Source of the DNA: the human T2T-CHM13v2.0 reference genome, Homo sapiens
Reading direction: 5' to 3' (one strand)
DNA length: 64,000 nt
Assembly: GCF_009914755.1 (NCBI RefSeq)
Contig: NC_060948.1
Shown: positions 1 through 14,248 of the stretch, in pieces
Position numbering within the stretch: the first letter of the stretch is position 1
How the letters are laid out: every line of letters starts with the position of its first letter
Notes under the pieces: generated by a model
What the model saw: only the letters and a program-made list of their open reading frames with translations
The model's database searches: none
Told to the model about the DNA's origin: nothing
Position numbers and translations under genes: made by a program

Positions 1-349
1 GTCTCGAATGGAATAAAAATGTATGGAATGGAATGCAATGAAACGGAATCGAATGTCATAGAATGTAATGGAATGCAAAAAAATGGAATCCAAAATCATT
101 GACTGGAAAGGCTGGGTGTCGAAAGGAATTGACTCCAATGGAATGGAATCGAATGGAATGGAAGTGAATAGAATCGAACTAAATCGAATGGAATGGAATT
201 GATAGGAACGGAATGGAAAGGAATGCAATGAATTGGCATGGAATGGAATTGAATGGCATCGAATGGAATGGAATGGAATGCAATGGAATGGAATGTATTA
301 GAATGTAATGAACTTTAATGGAATGTACTCGAATGGATTCGACTGGAAT

Positions 350-364
350 GGAATGTTCTTGAAG
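350..364. promoter_or_regulatory. Heat-shock element consensus match, site 1 (recurs at the same position in most units)
   Basis: gGAAtgTTCttGAAg matches nGAAnnTTCnnGAAn (GAAtgTTCtgGAA in most units). Motif match only; binding not shown. Confidence 0.5.
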
Positions 365-629
365 TGAATGGACTCCAATGGAATGGATTCCAAAGGAATG
401 GAATCGTACGGAATGGAATCTAATGGAATGGAATTAAATGGAAATGAATCAAATTGAATAGCACGGAATTGAATTGAATGGAATGGAATGCAATGGAATC
501 TAATGAAACGGAAAGGAAAGGAATGGAATGGAATGGAATGGGCTGGAATGGAAAGGAATCGAAACGAATGGAATGGAATCGAACTGAAGAGACTGGAATG
601 GAATGCACTGGAATGGAAGAGAGTGTAAT

Positions 630-644
630 GGAAGGTTCTCGAAA
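630..644. promoter_or_regulatory. Heat-shock element consensus match, site 2 (recurs in each unit)
   Basis: gGAAggTTCtcGAAa matches nGAAnnTTCnnGAAn. Motif match only. Confidence 0.5.
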
Positions 645-1655
645 AAAATGGAATCGAATGGAATGGAATTGAATGGAACGGAATAGAGTCGAATGGAATT
701 GAATGGAATGGAATGGACTAGAGTGAAATGGAATCGAACCACAAGGAATGGACAGGAATAGAATGGTCTCGAATTGAATGGAATCGTATGGAATGGCATC
801 AAACGGAATGGAATGGACAGCCACGGAATGGAATGCACTCGAATGCAATGGAGTCGAAACTAATGGACTGGAATAGAATGGACTCGACTGGTACGGACTC
901 CAATGGAATGGAATCGAATGGAAGGGAACCGAACGGAATGGACTCGAAGGGAAAAGACTGCAATGGAAAGGTCTCGAATGGAATGGAAATTAATGGAATG
1001 GAATGGAATCGAATGAAATGGAGTCAAAAGGAATGGAATCGAATGGCAAGAAATCGAATGTAATGGAATCACAAGGAATTGATGTGAACGGAACGGAATG
1101 GAATGGAATCCAAAGGAATGGAATAGAATGGAATGGAATCGAATGGAAAGGACTCGAATGGAAATCACTCGAATAGAATGCAATTTAATAAAATAGGATC
1201 AAATGTAATGGAATGGAATGGAAAGGAATCGAAACGAAAGGAATGGAGACAGATGGAATGGAATGGAACAGAGAGCAATGGTATAGAATGGAATGGAATC
1301 ATCTGGAATGGAATTGAATGGAATGGAATAATATGAAATGGAATGGAATGGAATGGAATGGAATGCCCTTGAATTAAATGGACTGGAATGGAATGGACTC
1401 GAACAGAGTGGAATGGAAAGTGTTGAGATAGAATGGAATGGACTCCTTTGGAATGGTGTAGTATGCAATGCAATCGACTGGCAGGGAATCAAAAGGAATG
1501 TAATGGAATGGATTGGACTGGAATGCAATGGACTCGAATAGATTGGAAACGGAATGCAAAGGAATGGAATGGAATAGTATGGAATGGAATGGAAAGGAAT
1601 GGAGTGGAATAGACTAGAGTGGAATGGAATGGACTGGAAAGCAATGGACTGGAAT

Positions 1656-1670
1656 GGAACTTTCTTGAAT
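1656..1670. promoter_or_regulatory. Heat-shock element consensus match, site 3 (recurs in most units)
   Basis: gGAActTTCttGAAt matches nGAAnnTTCnnGAAn. Motif match only. Confidence 0.5.
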
Positions 1671-3549
1671 GGACTGGAATCAAACGGAATGGAATGCAAT
1701 GCAATCAAATGGCATGGAATAAAATAGAATGAAAGAGAATCAAATGGAATTGAATCGAATGGAATCGAATGGATTGGAAAGGAATAGAATGGAATGGAAT
1801 GGAATGGACTAGAATGGAATGGATTCGAATGGAAGGCAAAGGAATGGAATCTATTGGAATGGACTGTAATGGAATGGAATGGAAGGGATTGGAATGGACT
1901 CGAATGGAATGGACTGCAATAGAAAGGATTCGAATGGAATGAAAAAGTATTGAATGGAATAGAACAGAATGGAATCAAATCGAATGAAATGGAATGGAAT
2001 AGAAAGGAATGGAATGAAATGGAATGGAAAGGATTCGAATGGAATGCAATCGAATGGAATGGAATCGAACGGAATGGAATAAAATGGAAGAAAACTGGCA
2101 AGAAATGGAATCGAAATGAATGGAGTGTTATGGAACGGACTCAAAAGGAATTGAATGTAATAGAATGGAGTGGAGTGGACTCGAATATAATGGACTGGAA
2201 TGGAATGAAATCACAAGGAATGGGAACGAATGGAATGGAATGGAAAGGAATGGAATCGAATGGAAAGGAATCGAATGGAAGGGAATGAAATTGAATCAAC
2301 AGGAATGGAAGGGAATAGAATAGACGGTAATGGAATGGACTCGAATAGAATGGACACGAATGCTCAAATTGAATGGACTCGAATGGAATGGAAACGAAAG
2401 GAATGTCATCGAATGGAATTGAATGGATTGGAATGAAATCGCATAGAATGGAGTGGAATCAAATGGAATTGAATCGAAAGGAAAGGAAGCGAATGGACTG
2501 AAATGAAATGGAATGGAATTGAATGGAAAGTAATGCAATGGAATAGAATGGAACGAAATTTCACGGAATGGAATCAAACTGAATGGAATCAAATCAATGG
2601 AATCAAATCAAATGGAATGGAAAGGAATTGAATGGAGTAGATTGGATTGGATGGGATTGGAATGAAATGTACTGGAAAGGACTCGAATTTCATGAAACGG
2701 AATGGAATGAATTGGAACGGAATGGACTCGAATGGAATGGAATGTCATGGAATGGCATCAAATGGAATGGCATCAAATGGAATGGAATCGAATGCAATGG
2801 AATGCTATGGAATGGAATGGAATGCATTGGAATGGAATGTCCTCTAATGGAATGGATTCGAGTGGAATGGAATCGAATATAATGGAGTCGAATGAAAAGG
2901 AATTGAAAGGAATGGGATCGAATACAATGGAATATACTGGAATGTAATGTAATGAACTCGAATGTAATTGACTGGAATGGAATGTACATGAATGGAATGT
3001 AATCGAATGGAAAGTAATCCAATGGAATTGAATCTAATGCAATAAAATCGACTCAGATAGAGTAGAATGTAATGGAATGGAGTGCAGTGCAATGGAATGG
3101 AATGGAATGGAATGCAATGGAATGGAATGGAATGGAATGGAATGGAATGGGATGGAATGGGATGGAATGGTATGGAATGGATAGTAATGGACTGGAGTGA
3201 AATGGACTGGAAAGGAATGGACTCAAATTGAAAGGGCTCGAAAGGAATGGAGTCAAATGGAATGGTCTGGAATGGAATGAACACGAATGTAATGCAATCC
3301 AATAGAATGGAATCGAATGGCATGGAATATAAAGAAATGGAATCGAAGAGAATGGAAACAAATGGAATGGAATTGAATGGAATGGAATTGAATGGAATGG
3401 GAACGAATGGAGTGAAATTGTATGCAGTAGAAGGGAATAGAATGGAATGCAAGCGAAAGGAAAGGAATGGATTGGAATGGAATGGAATTCATTGGAATGG
3501 AAGGGAATGTAGTGTAATGGACAGGCCAGGAATAAAGTGGAATGCTACG

Positions 3550-6500
3550 GTCTCGAATGGAATAAAAATATATGGAATGGAATGCAATGAAACGGAATCG
3601 AATGTCATAGAATGTAATGGAATGCAAAAAAATGGAATCCAAAATCATTGACTGGAAAGGCTGGGTGTCGAAAGGAATTGACTCCAATGGAATGGAATCG
3701 AATGGAATGGAAGTGAATAGAATCGAACTAAATCGAATGGAATGGAATTGATAGGAACGGAATGGAAAGGAATGCAATGATTTGGCACGGAATGGAATCG
3801 AATGGCATCGAATGGAATGGAATGGAATGCAATGGAATGGAATGCATTAGAATGTAATGAACTTTAATGGAATGTACTCGAATGGATTCGACTGGAATGG
3901 AATGTTCTGGAAGTGAATGGACTCCAATGGAATGGATTCAAAAGGAATGGAATCGTACGGAATGGAATCTAATGGAATGGAATTAAATGGAAATGAATCA
4001 AATTGAATAGCACGGAATTGAATTGAATGGAATGGAATGCAATGGAATCTAATGAAACGGAAAGGAAAGGAATGGAATGGAATGGAAAGGGCTGGAATGG
4101 AAAGGAATCGAAACGAATGGAATGGAATCGAACTGAAGAGACTGGAATGGAATGCACTGGAATGGAAGGGAGTGTAATGGAAGGTTCTCGAAAAAAATGG
4201 AATCGAATGGAATGGAATTGAATGGAACGGAATAGAGTCGAATGGAATTGAATGGAATGGAATGGACTAGAGTGAAATGGAATCGAACCACAAGGAATGG
4301 ACAGGAATAGAATGGTCTCGAATTGAATGGAATCGTATGGAATGGCATCAAACGGAATGGAATGGACAGCCACGGAATGGAATGCACTCGAATGCAATGG
4401 AGTCGAAACTAATGGACTGGAATAGAATGGACTCGACTGGTACGGACTCCAATGGAATGGAATCGAATGGAAGGGAATCGAACGGAATGGACTCGAAGGG
4501 AAAAGACTGCAATGGAAAGGTCTCGAATGGAATGGAAATTAATGGAATGGAATGGAATCGAATGAAATGGAGTCAAAAGGAATGGAATCGAATGGCAAGA
4601 AATCGAATGTAATGGAATCGCAAGGAATTGATGTGAATGGAGCGGAATGGAATGGAATCCAAAGGAATGGAATCGAATGGAAAGGACTCGAATGGAAATC
4701 ACTCGAATAGAATGCAATTTAATAAAATAGGATCAAATGTAATGGAATGGAATGGAAAGGAATCGAAACGAAAGGAATGGAGACAGATGGAATGGAATGG
4801 AACAGAGAGCAATGGTATAGAATGGAATGGAATCATCTGGAATGGAATTGAATGGAATGGAATAATATGAAATGGAATGGAATGGAATGGAATGGAATGC
4901 CCTTGAATTAAATGGACTGGAATGGAATGGACTCGAACAGAGTGGAATGGAAAGTGTTGAGATAGAATGGAATGGACTCCTTTGGAATGGTGTAGTATGC
5001 AATGCATTCGACTGGCAGGGAATCAAAAGGAATGTAATGGAATGGATTGGACTGGAATGCAATGGACTCGAATAGATTGGAAACGGAATGCAAAGGAATG
5101 GAATGGAATAGTATGGAATGGAATGGAAAGGAATGGAGTGGAATAGACTAGAGTGGAATGGAATGGACTGGAAAGCAATGGACTGGAATGGAACTTTCTT
5201 GAATGGACTGGAATCAAACGGAATGGAATGCAATGCAATCAAATGGCATGGAATAAAATAGAATGAAAGAGAATCAAATGGAATTGAATCGAATGGAATC
5301 GAATGGATTGGAAAGGAATAGAATGGAATGGAATGGAATTGACTCGAATGGAATGGACTAGAATGGAATGGATTCGAATGGAAGGCAAAGGAATGGAATC
5401 TATTGGAATGGACTGTAATGGAATGGAATGGAAAGGATTGGAATGGACTCGAATGGAATGGACTGCAATAGAAAGGATTCGAATGGAATGAAAAAGAATT
5501 GAATGGAATAGAACAGAATGGAATCAAATCGAATGAAATGGAATGGAATAGAAAGGAATGGAATGAAATGGAATGGAAAGGATTCGAATGGAATGCAATC
5601 GAATGGAATGGAATCGAACGGAATGGAATAAAATGGAAGAAAACTGGCAAGAAATGGAATCGAAATGAATGGAGTGTTATGGAACGGACTCAAAAGGAAT
5701 TGAATGTAATAGAATGGAGTGGAGTGGACTCGAATATAATGGAATGGAATGGAATGAAATCACAAGGAATGGGAACGAATGGAATGGAATGGAAAGGAAT
5801 GGAATCGAATGGAAAGGAATCGAATGGAAGGGAATGAAATTGAATCAACAGGAATGGAAGGGAATAGAATAGACGGTAATGGAATGGACTCGAATAGAAT
5901 GGACACGAATGCTCAAATTGAATGGACTCGAATGGAATGGAAACGAAAGGAATGTCATCGAATGGAATTGAATGGATTGGAATGAAATCGCATAGAATGG
6001 AGTGGAATCAAATGGAATTGAATCGAAAGGAAAGGAAGCGAATGGACTGAAATGAAATGGAATGGAATTGAATGGAAAGTAATGCAATGGAATAGAATGG
6101 AACGAAATTTCACGGAATGGAATCAAACTGAATGGAATCAAATCAATGGAATCAAATCAAATGGAATGGAAAGGAATTGAATGGAGTAGATTGGATTGGA
6201 TGGGATTGGAATGAAATGTACTGGAAAGGACTCGAATTTCATGAAACGGAATGGAATGAATTGGAACGGAATGGACTCGAATGGAATGGAATGTCATGGA
6301 ATGGCATCAAATGGAATGGCATCAAATGGAATGGAATCGAATGCAATGGAATGCTATGGAATGGAATGGAATGCATTGGAATGGAATGTCCTCTAATGGA
6401 ATGGATTCGAGTGGAATGGAATCGAATATAATGGAGTCGAATGAAATGGAATTGAAAGGAGTGGGATCGAATACAATGGAATATACTGGAATGTAATGTA

Positions 6501-7108
6501 ATGAACTCGAATGTAATTGACTGGAATGGAATGTACATGAATGGAATGTAATCGAATGGAAAGTAATCCAATGGAATAGAATCTAATGCAATAAAACCGA
6601 CTCAGATAGAGTAGAATGTAATGGAATGGAGTGCAGTGCAATGGAATGGAATGGAATGGAAGGCAATGGAATGGAATGGAATGGAATGGAATGGAATGGA
6701 ATGGAATGGAATGGAATGGGATGGAATGGGATGGAATGGATAGTAATAGACTGGAGTGAAAGGGACTGGAAAGGAATGGACTCAAATTGAAAGGGCTCGA
6801 AAGGAATGGAGTCAAATGGAATGGTCTGGAATGGAATGAACACGAATGTAATGCAATCCAATAGAATGGAATCGAATGGCATGGAATATAAAGAAATGGA
6901 ATAGAAGAGAATGGAAACAAATGGAATGGAATTGAATGGAATGGAATTGAATGGAATGGGAACGAATGGAGTGAAATTGTATGCAGTAGAAGGGAATAGA
7001 ATGGAATGCAAGCGAAAGGAAAGGAATGGATTGGAATGGAATGGAATTCATTGGAATGGAAGGGAATGTAGTGTAATGGACAGGCCTGGAATAAAGTGGA
7101 ATGCTACG
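3550..7108 (+). repeat. Unit U2 (3,559 bp)
   Basis: Anchor to anchor. gaatggagcgg variant near 4636 and 15-bp deletion near 4665. Confidence 0.93.
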
Positions 7109-10100
7109 GTCTCGAATGGAATAAAAATGTATGGAATGGAATGCAATGAAACGGAATCGAATGTCATAGAATGTAATGGAATGCAACAAAATGGAATCCA
7201 AAATCATTGACTGGAAAGGCTGGGTGTCGAAAGGAATTGACTCCAATGGAATGGAATCGAATGGAATGGAAGTGAATAGAATCGAACTAAATCGAATGGA
7301 ATGGAATTGATAGGAACGGAATGGAAAGGAATGCAATGATTTGGCATGGAATGGAATCGAATGGCATCGAATGGAATGGAATGGAATGCAATGGAATGGA
7401 ATGTATTAGAATGTAATGAACTTTAATGGAATGTACTCGAATGGATTCGACTGGAATGGAATGTTCTGGAAGTGAATGGACTCCAATGGAATGGATTCAA
7501 AAGGAATGGAATCGTACGGAATGGAATCTAATGGAATGGAATTAAATGGAAATGAATCAAATTGAATAGCACGGAATTGAATTGAATGGAATGGAATGCA
7601 ATGGAATCTAATGAAACGGAAAGGAAAGGAATGGAATGGAATGGAAAGGGCTGGAATGGAAAGGAATCGAAACGAATGGAATGGAATCGAACTGAAGAGA
7701 CTGGAATGGAATGCACTGGAATGGAAGGGAGTGTAATGGAAGGTTCTCGAAAAAAATGGAATCGAATGGAATGGAATTGAATGGAACGGAATAGAGTCGA
7801 ATGGAATTGAATGGAATGGAATGGACTAGAGTGAAATGGAATCGAACCACAAGGAATGGACAGGAATAGAATGGTCTCGAATTGAATGGAATCGTATGGA
7901 ATGGCATCAAACGGAATGGAATGGACAGCCACGGAATGGAATGCACTCGAATGCAATGGAGTCGAAACGTCGAAACTAATGGACTGGAATAGAATGGACT
8001 CGACTGGTACGGACTCCAATGGAATGGAATCGAATGGAAGGGAATCGAACGGAATGGACTCGAAGGGAAAAGACTGCAATGGAAAGGTCTCGAATGGAAT
8101 GGAAATTAATGGAATGGAATGGAATCGAATGAAATGGAGTCAAAAGGAATGGAATCGAATGGCAAGAAATCGAATGTAATGGAATCGCAAGGAATTGATG
8201 TGAACGGAACGGAATGGAATGGAATCCAAAGGAATGGAATAGAATGGAATGGAATCGAATGGAAAGGACTCGAATGGCAATCACTCGAATAGAATGCAAT
8301 TTAATAAAATAGGATCAAATGTAATGGAATGGAATGGAAAGGAATCGAAACGAAAGGAATGGAGACAGATGGAATGGAATGGAACAGAGAGCAATGGTAT
8401 AGAATGGAATGGAATCATCTGGAATGGAATTGAATGGAATGGAATAATATGAAATGGAATGGAATGGAATGGAATGGAATGCCCTTGAATTAAATGGACT
8501 GGAATGGAATGGACTCGAACAGAGTGGAATGGAAAGTGTTGAGATAGAATGGAATGGACTCCTTTGGAATGGTGTAGTATGCAATGCAATCGACTGGCAG
8601 GGAATCAAAAGAAATGTAATGGAATGGATTGGACTGGAATGCAATGGACTCGAATAGATTGGAAACGGAATGCAAAGGAATGGAATGGAATAGTATGGAA
8701 TGGAATGGAAAGGAATGGAGTGGAATAGACTAGAGTGGAATGGAATGGACTGGAAAGCAATGGACTGGAATGGAACTTTCTTGAATGGACTGGAATCAAA
8801 CGGAATGGAATGCAATGCAATCAAATGGCATGGAATAAAATAGAATGAAAGAGAATCAAATGGAATTGAATCGAATGGAATCGAATGGATTGGAAAGGAA
8901 TAGAATGGAATGGAATGGAATTGACTCGAATGGAATGGACTAGAATGGAATGGATTCGAATGGAAGGCAAAGGAATGGAATCTATTGGAATGGACTGTAA
9001 TGGAATGGAATGGAAAGGATTGGAATGGACTCGAATGGAATGGACTGCAATAGAAAGGATTCGAATGGAATGAAAAAGAATTGAATGGAATAGAACAGAA
9101 TGGAATCAAATCGAATGAAATGAAATGGAATAGAAAGGAATGGAATGAAATGGAATGGAAAGGATTCGAATGGAATGCAATCGAATGGAATGGAATCGAA
9201 CGGAATGGAATAAAATGGAAGAAAACTGGCAAGAAATGGAATCGAAATGAATGGAGTGTTATGGAACGGACTCAAAAGGAATTGAATGTAATAGAATGGA
9301 GTGGAGTGGACTCGAATATAATGGAATGGAATGGAATGAAATCACAAGGAATGGGAACGAATGGAATGGAATGGAAAGGAATGGAATCGAATGGAAAGGA
9401 ATCGAATGGAAGGGAATGAAATTGAATCAACAGGAATGGAAGGGAATAGAATAGACGGTAATGGAATGGACTCGAATAGAATGGACACGAATGCTCAAAT
9501 TGAATGGACTCGAATGGAATGGAAACGAAAGGAATGTCATCGAATGGAATTGAATGGATTGGAATGAAATCGCATAGAATGGAGTGGAATCAAATGGAAT
9601 TGAATCGAAAGGAAAGGAAGCGAATGGACTGAAATGAAATGGAATGGAATTGAATGGAAAGTAATGCAATGGAATAGAATGGAACGAAATTTCACGGAAT
9701 GGAATCAAACTGAATGGAATCAAATCAATGGAATCAAATCAAATGGAATGGAAAGGAATTGAATGGAGTAGATTGGATTGGATGGGATTGGAATGAAATG
9801 TACTGGAAAGGACTCGAATTTCATGAAACGGAATGGAATGAATTGGAACGGAATGGACTCGAATGGAATGGAATGTCATGGAATGGCATCAAATGGAATG
9901 GCATCAAATGGAATGGAATCGAATGCAATGGAATGCTATGGAATGGAATGGAATGCATTGGAATGGAATGTCCTCTAATGGAATGGATTCGAGTGGAATG
10001 GAATCGAATATAATGGAGTCGAATGAAATGGAATTGAAAGGAGTGGGATCGAATACAATGGAATATACTGGAATGTAATGTAATGAACTCGAATGTAATT

Positions 10101-10685
10101 GACTGGAATGGAATGTACATGAATGGAATGTAATCGAATGGAAAGTAATCCAATGGAATAGAATCTAATGCAATAAAACCGACTCAGATAGAGTAGAATG
10201 TAATGGAATGGAGTGCAGTGCAATGGAATGGAATGGAATGGAAGGCAATGGAATGGAATGGAATGGAATGGAATGGAATGGAATGGAATGGAATGGGATG
10301 GAATGGGATGGAATGGATAGTAATGGACTGGAGTGAAATGGACTGGAAAGGAATGGACTCAAATTGAAAGGGCTCGAAAGGAATGGAGTCAAATGGAATG
10401 GTCTGGAATGGAATGAACACGAATGTAATGCAATCCAATAGAATGGAATCGAATGGCATGGAATATAAAGAAATGGAATAGAAGAGAATGGAAACAAATG
10501 GAATGGAATTGAATGGAATGGAATTGAATGGAGTGGGAACGAATGGAGTGAAATTGTATGCAGTAGAAGGGAATAGAATGGAATGCAAGCGAAAGGAAAG
10601 GAATGGATTGGAATGGAATGGAATTCATTGGAATGGAAGGGAATGTAGTGTAATGGACAGGCCTGGAATAAAGTGGAATGCTACG
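7109..10685 (+). repeat. Unit U3 (3,577 bp)
   Basis: Anchor to anchor. 8-bp duplication at 7961-7976. Confidence 0.93.
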
Positions 10686-13600
10686 GTCTCGAATGGAATA
10701 AAAATGTATGGAATGGAATGCAAAGAAACGGAATCGAATGTCATAGAATGTAATGGAATGCAACAAAATGGAATCCAAAATCATTGACTGGAAAGGCTGG
10801 GTGTCGAAAGGAATTGACTCCAATGGAATGGAATCGAATGGAATGGAAGTGAATAGAATCGAACTAAATCGAATGGAATGGAATTGATAGGAACGGAATG
10901 GAAAGGAATGCAATGATTTGGCATGGAATGGAATCGAATGGCATCGAATGGAATGGAATGGAATGCAATGGAATGGAATGTATTAGAATGTAATGAACTT
11001 TAATGGAATGTACTCGAATGGATTCGACTGGAATGGAATGTTCTGGAAGTGAATGGACTCCAATGGAATGGATTCAAAAGGAATGGAATCGTACGGAATG
11101 GAATCTAATGGAATGGAATTAAATGGAAATGAATCAAATTGAATAGCACGGAATTGAATTGAATGGAATGGAATGCAATGGAATCTAATGAAACGGAAAG
11201 GAAAGGAATGGAATGGAATGGAAAGGGCTGGAATGGAAAGGAATCGAAACGAATGGAATGGAATCGAACTGAAGAGACTGGAATGGAATGCACTGGAATG
11301 GAAGGGAGTGTAATGGAAGGTTCTCGAAAAAAATGGAATCGAATGGAATGGAATTGAATGGAACGGAATAGAGTCGAATGGAATTGAATGGAATGGAATG
11401 GACTAGAGTGAAATGGAATCGAACCACAAGGAATGGACAGGAATAGAATGGTCTCGAATTGAATGGAATCGTATGGAATGGCATCAAACGGAATGGAATG
11501 GACAGCCACGGAATGGAATGCACTCGAATGCAATGGAGTCGAAACTAATGGACTGGAATAGAATGGACTCGACTGGTACGGACTCCAATGGAATGGAATC
11601 GAATGGAAGGGAATCGAACGGAATGGACTCGAAGGGAAAAGACTGCAATGGAAAGGTCTCGAATGGAATGGAAATTAATGGAATGGAATGGAATCGAATG
11701 AAATGGAGTCAAAAGGAATGGAATCGAATGGCAAGAAATCGAATGTAATGGAATCGCAAGGAATTGATGTGAACGGAACGGAATGGAATGGAATCCAAAG
11801 GAATGGAATAGAATGGAATGGAATCGAATGGAAAGGACTCGAATGGAAATCACTCGAATAGAATGCAATTTAATAAAATAGGATCAAATGTAATGGAATG
11901 GAATGGAAAGATATCGAAACGAAAGGAATGGAGACAGATGGAATGGAATGGAACAGAGAGCAATGGTATAGAATGGAATGGAATCATCTGGAATGGAATT
12001 GAATGGAATGGAATAATATGAAATGGAATGGAATGGAATGGAATGGAATGGAATGGAATGCCCTTGAATTAAATGGACTGGAATGGAATGGACTCGAACA
12101 GAGTGGAATGGAAAGTGTTGAGATAGAATGGAATGGACTCCTTTGGAATGGTGTAGTATGCAATGCAATCGACTGGCAGGGAATCAAAAGGAATGTAATC
12201 GAATGGATTGGACTGGAATGCAGTGGACTCGAATAGATTGGAAACGGAATGCAAAGGAATGGAATGGAATAGTATGGAATGGAATGGAAAGGAATGGAGT
12301 GGAATAGACTAGAGTGGAATGGAATGGACTGGAAAGCAATGGACTGGAATGGAACTTTCTTGAATGGACTGGAATCAAACGGAATGGAATGCAATGCAAT
12401 CAAATGGCATGGAATAAAATAGAATGAAAGAGAATCAAATGGAATTGAATCGAATGGAATCGAATGGATTGGAAAGGAATAGAATGGAATGGAATGGAAT
12501 TGACTCAAATGGAATGGACTAGAATGGAATGGATTCGAATGGAAGGCAAAGGAATGGAATCTATTGGAATGGACTGTAATGGAATGGAATGGAAGGGATT
12601 GGAATGGACTCGAATGGAATGGACTGCAATAGAAAGGATTCGAATGGAATGAAAAAGAATTGAATGGAATAGAACAGAATGGAATCAAATCGAATGAAAT
12701 GGAATGGAATAGAAAGGAATGGAATGAAATGGAATGGAAAGGATTCGAATGGAATGCAATCGAATGGAATGGAATCGAACGGAATGGAATAAAATGGAAG
12801 AAAACTGGCAAGAAATGGAATCGAAATGAATGGAGTGTTATGGAACGGACTCAAAAGGAATTGAATGTAATAGAATGGAGTGGAGTGGACTCGAATATAA
12901 TGGACTGGAATGGAATGAAATCACATGGAATGGGAACGAATGGAATGGAATGGAAAGGAATGGAATCGAATGGAAAGGAATCGAATGGAAGGGAATGAAA
13001 TTGAATCAACAGGAATGGAAGGGAATAGAATAGACGGTAATGGAATGGACTCGAATAGAATGGACACGAATGCTCAAATTGAATGGACTCCAATGGAATG
13101 GAAACGAAAGGAATGTCATCGAATAGAATTGAATCGATTGGAATGAAATCGCAAGAATGGAGTGGAATCAAATGGAATTGAATCGAAAGGAAAGGAAGCG
13201 AATGGACTGAAATGAAATGGAATGGAATTGAATGGAAAGTAATGCAATGGAATAGAATGGAACGAAATTTCACGGAATGGAATCAAACTGAAAGGAATCA
13301 AATCAATGGAATCTAATCAAATGGAATGGAAGGGAATTGAATGGAGTAGATTGGATTGGATGGGATTGGAGTGAAATGTACTGGAAAGGACTCGAATTTC
13401 ATGAAACGGAATGGAATGAATTGGAACGGAATGGACTCGAATGGAATGGAATGTCATGGAATGGCATCAAATGGAATGGCATCAAATGGAATGGAATCGA
13501 ATGCAATGGAATGCTATGGAATGGAATGGAATGCATTGGAATGGAATGTCCTCTAATGGAATGGATTCGAGTGGAATGGAATCGAATATAATGGAGTCGA

Positions 13601-14248
13601 ATGAAATGGAATTGAAAGGAATGGGATCGAATACAATGGAATATGCTGGAATGTAATGTAATGAACTCGAATGTAATTGACTGGAATGGAATGTACATGA
13701 ATGGAATGTAATCGAATGGAAAGTAATCCAATGGAATAGAATCTAATGCAATAAAATCGACTCAGATAGAGTAGAATGTAATGGAATGGAGTGCAGTACA
13801 ATGGAATGGAATGGAATGCAATGGAATGGAATGGAATGGAATGGAATGGGATGGAATGGGATGGAATGGTATGGAATGGATAGTAATGGACTGGAGTGAA
13901 ATGGACTGGAAAGGAATGGACTCAAATTGAAAGGGCTCGAAAGGAATGGAGTCAAATGGAATGGTCTGGAATGGAATGAACACGAATGTAATGCAATCCA
14001 ATAGAATGGAATCGAATGGCATGGAATATAAAGAAATGGAATCGAAGAGAATGGAAACAAATGGAATGGAATTGAATGGAATGGAATTGAATGGAATGGG
14101 AACGAATGGAGTGAAATTGTATGCAGTAGAAGGGAATAGAATGGAATGCAAGCGAAAGGAAAGGAATGGATTGGAATGGAATGGAATTCATTGGACTGGA
14201 AGGGAATGTAGTGTAATGGACAGGCCTGGAATAAAGTGGAATGCTACT
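10686..14248 (+). repeat. Unit U4 (3,563 bp)
   Basis: Anchor to anchor. 1-bp deletion (gcaagaatg for gcatagaatg) near 13153. Confidence 0.93.

Larger units (their letters stand above)
1..3549 (+). repeat. Higher-order unit U1 (3,549 bp; phase arbitrarily set at gtctcgaatggaataaaa)
   Basis: Anchor recurs at 3550. 15-bp deletion near 1800. AGGCCA replaces AGGCCT at 3523-3528. Confidence 0.93.

Noticed and set aside
13309-13319. DUX4-like motif GAATCTAATCA (U4, U5, U18)
   Set aside because: It mismatches the TAAY start of the consensus, occurs in only 3 units and is easily produced by pentamer drift.
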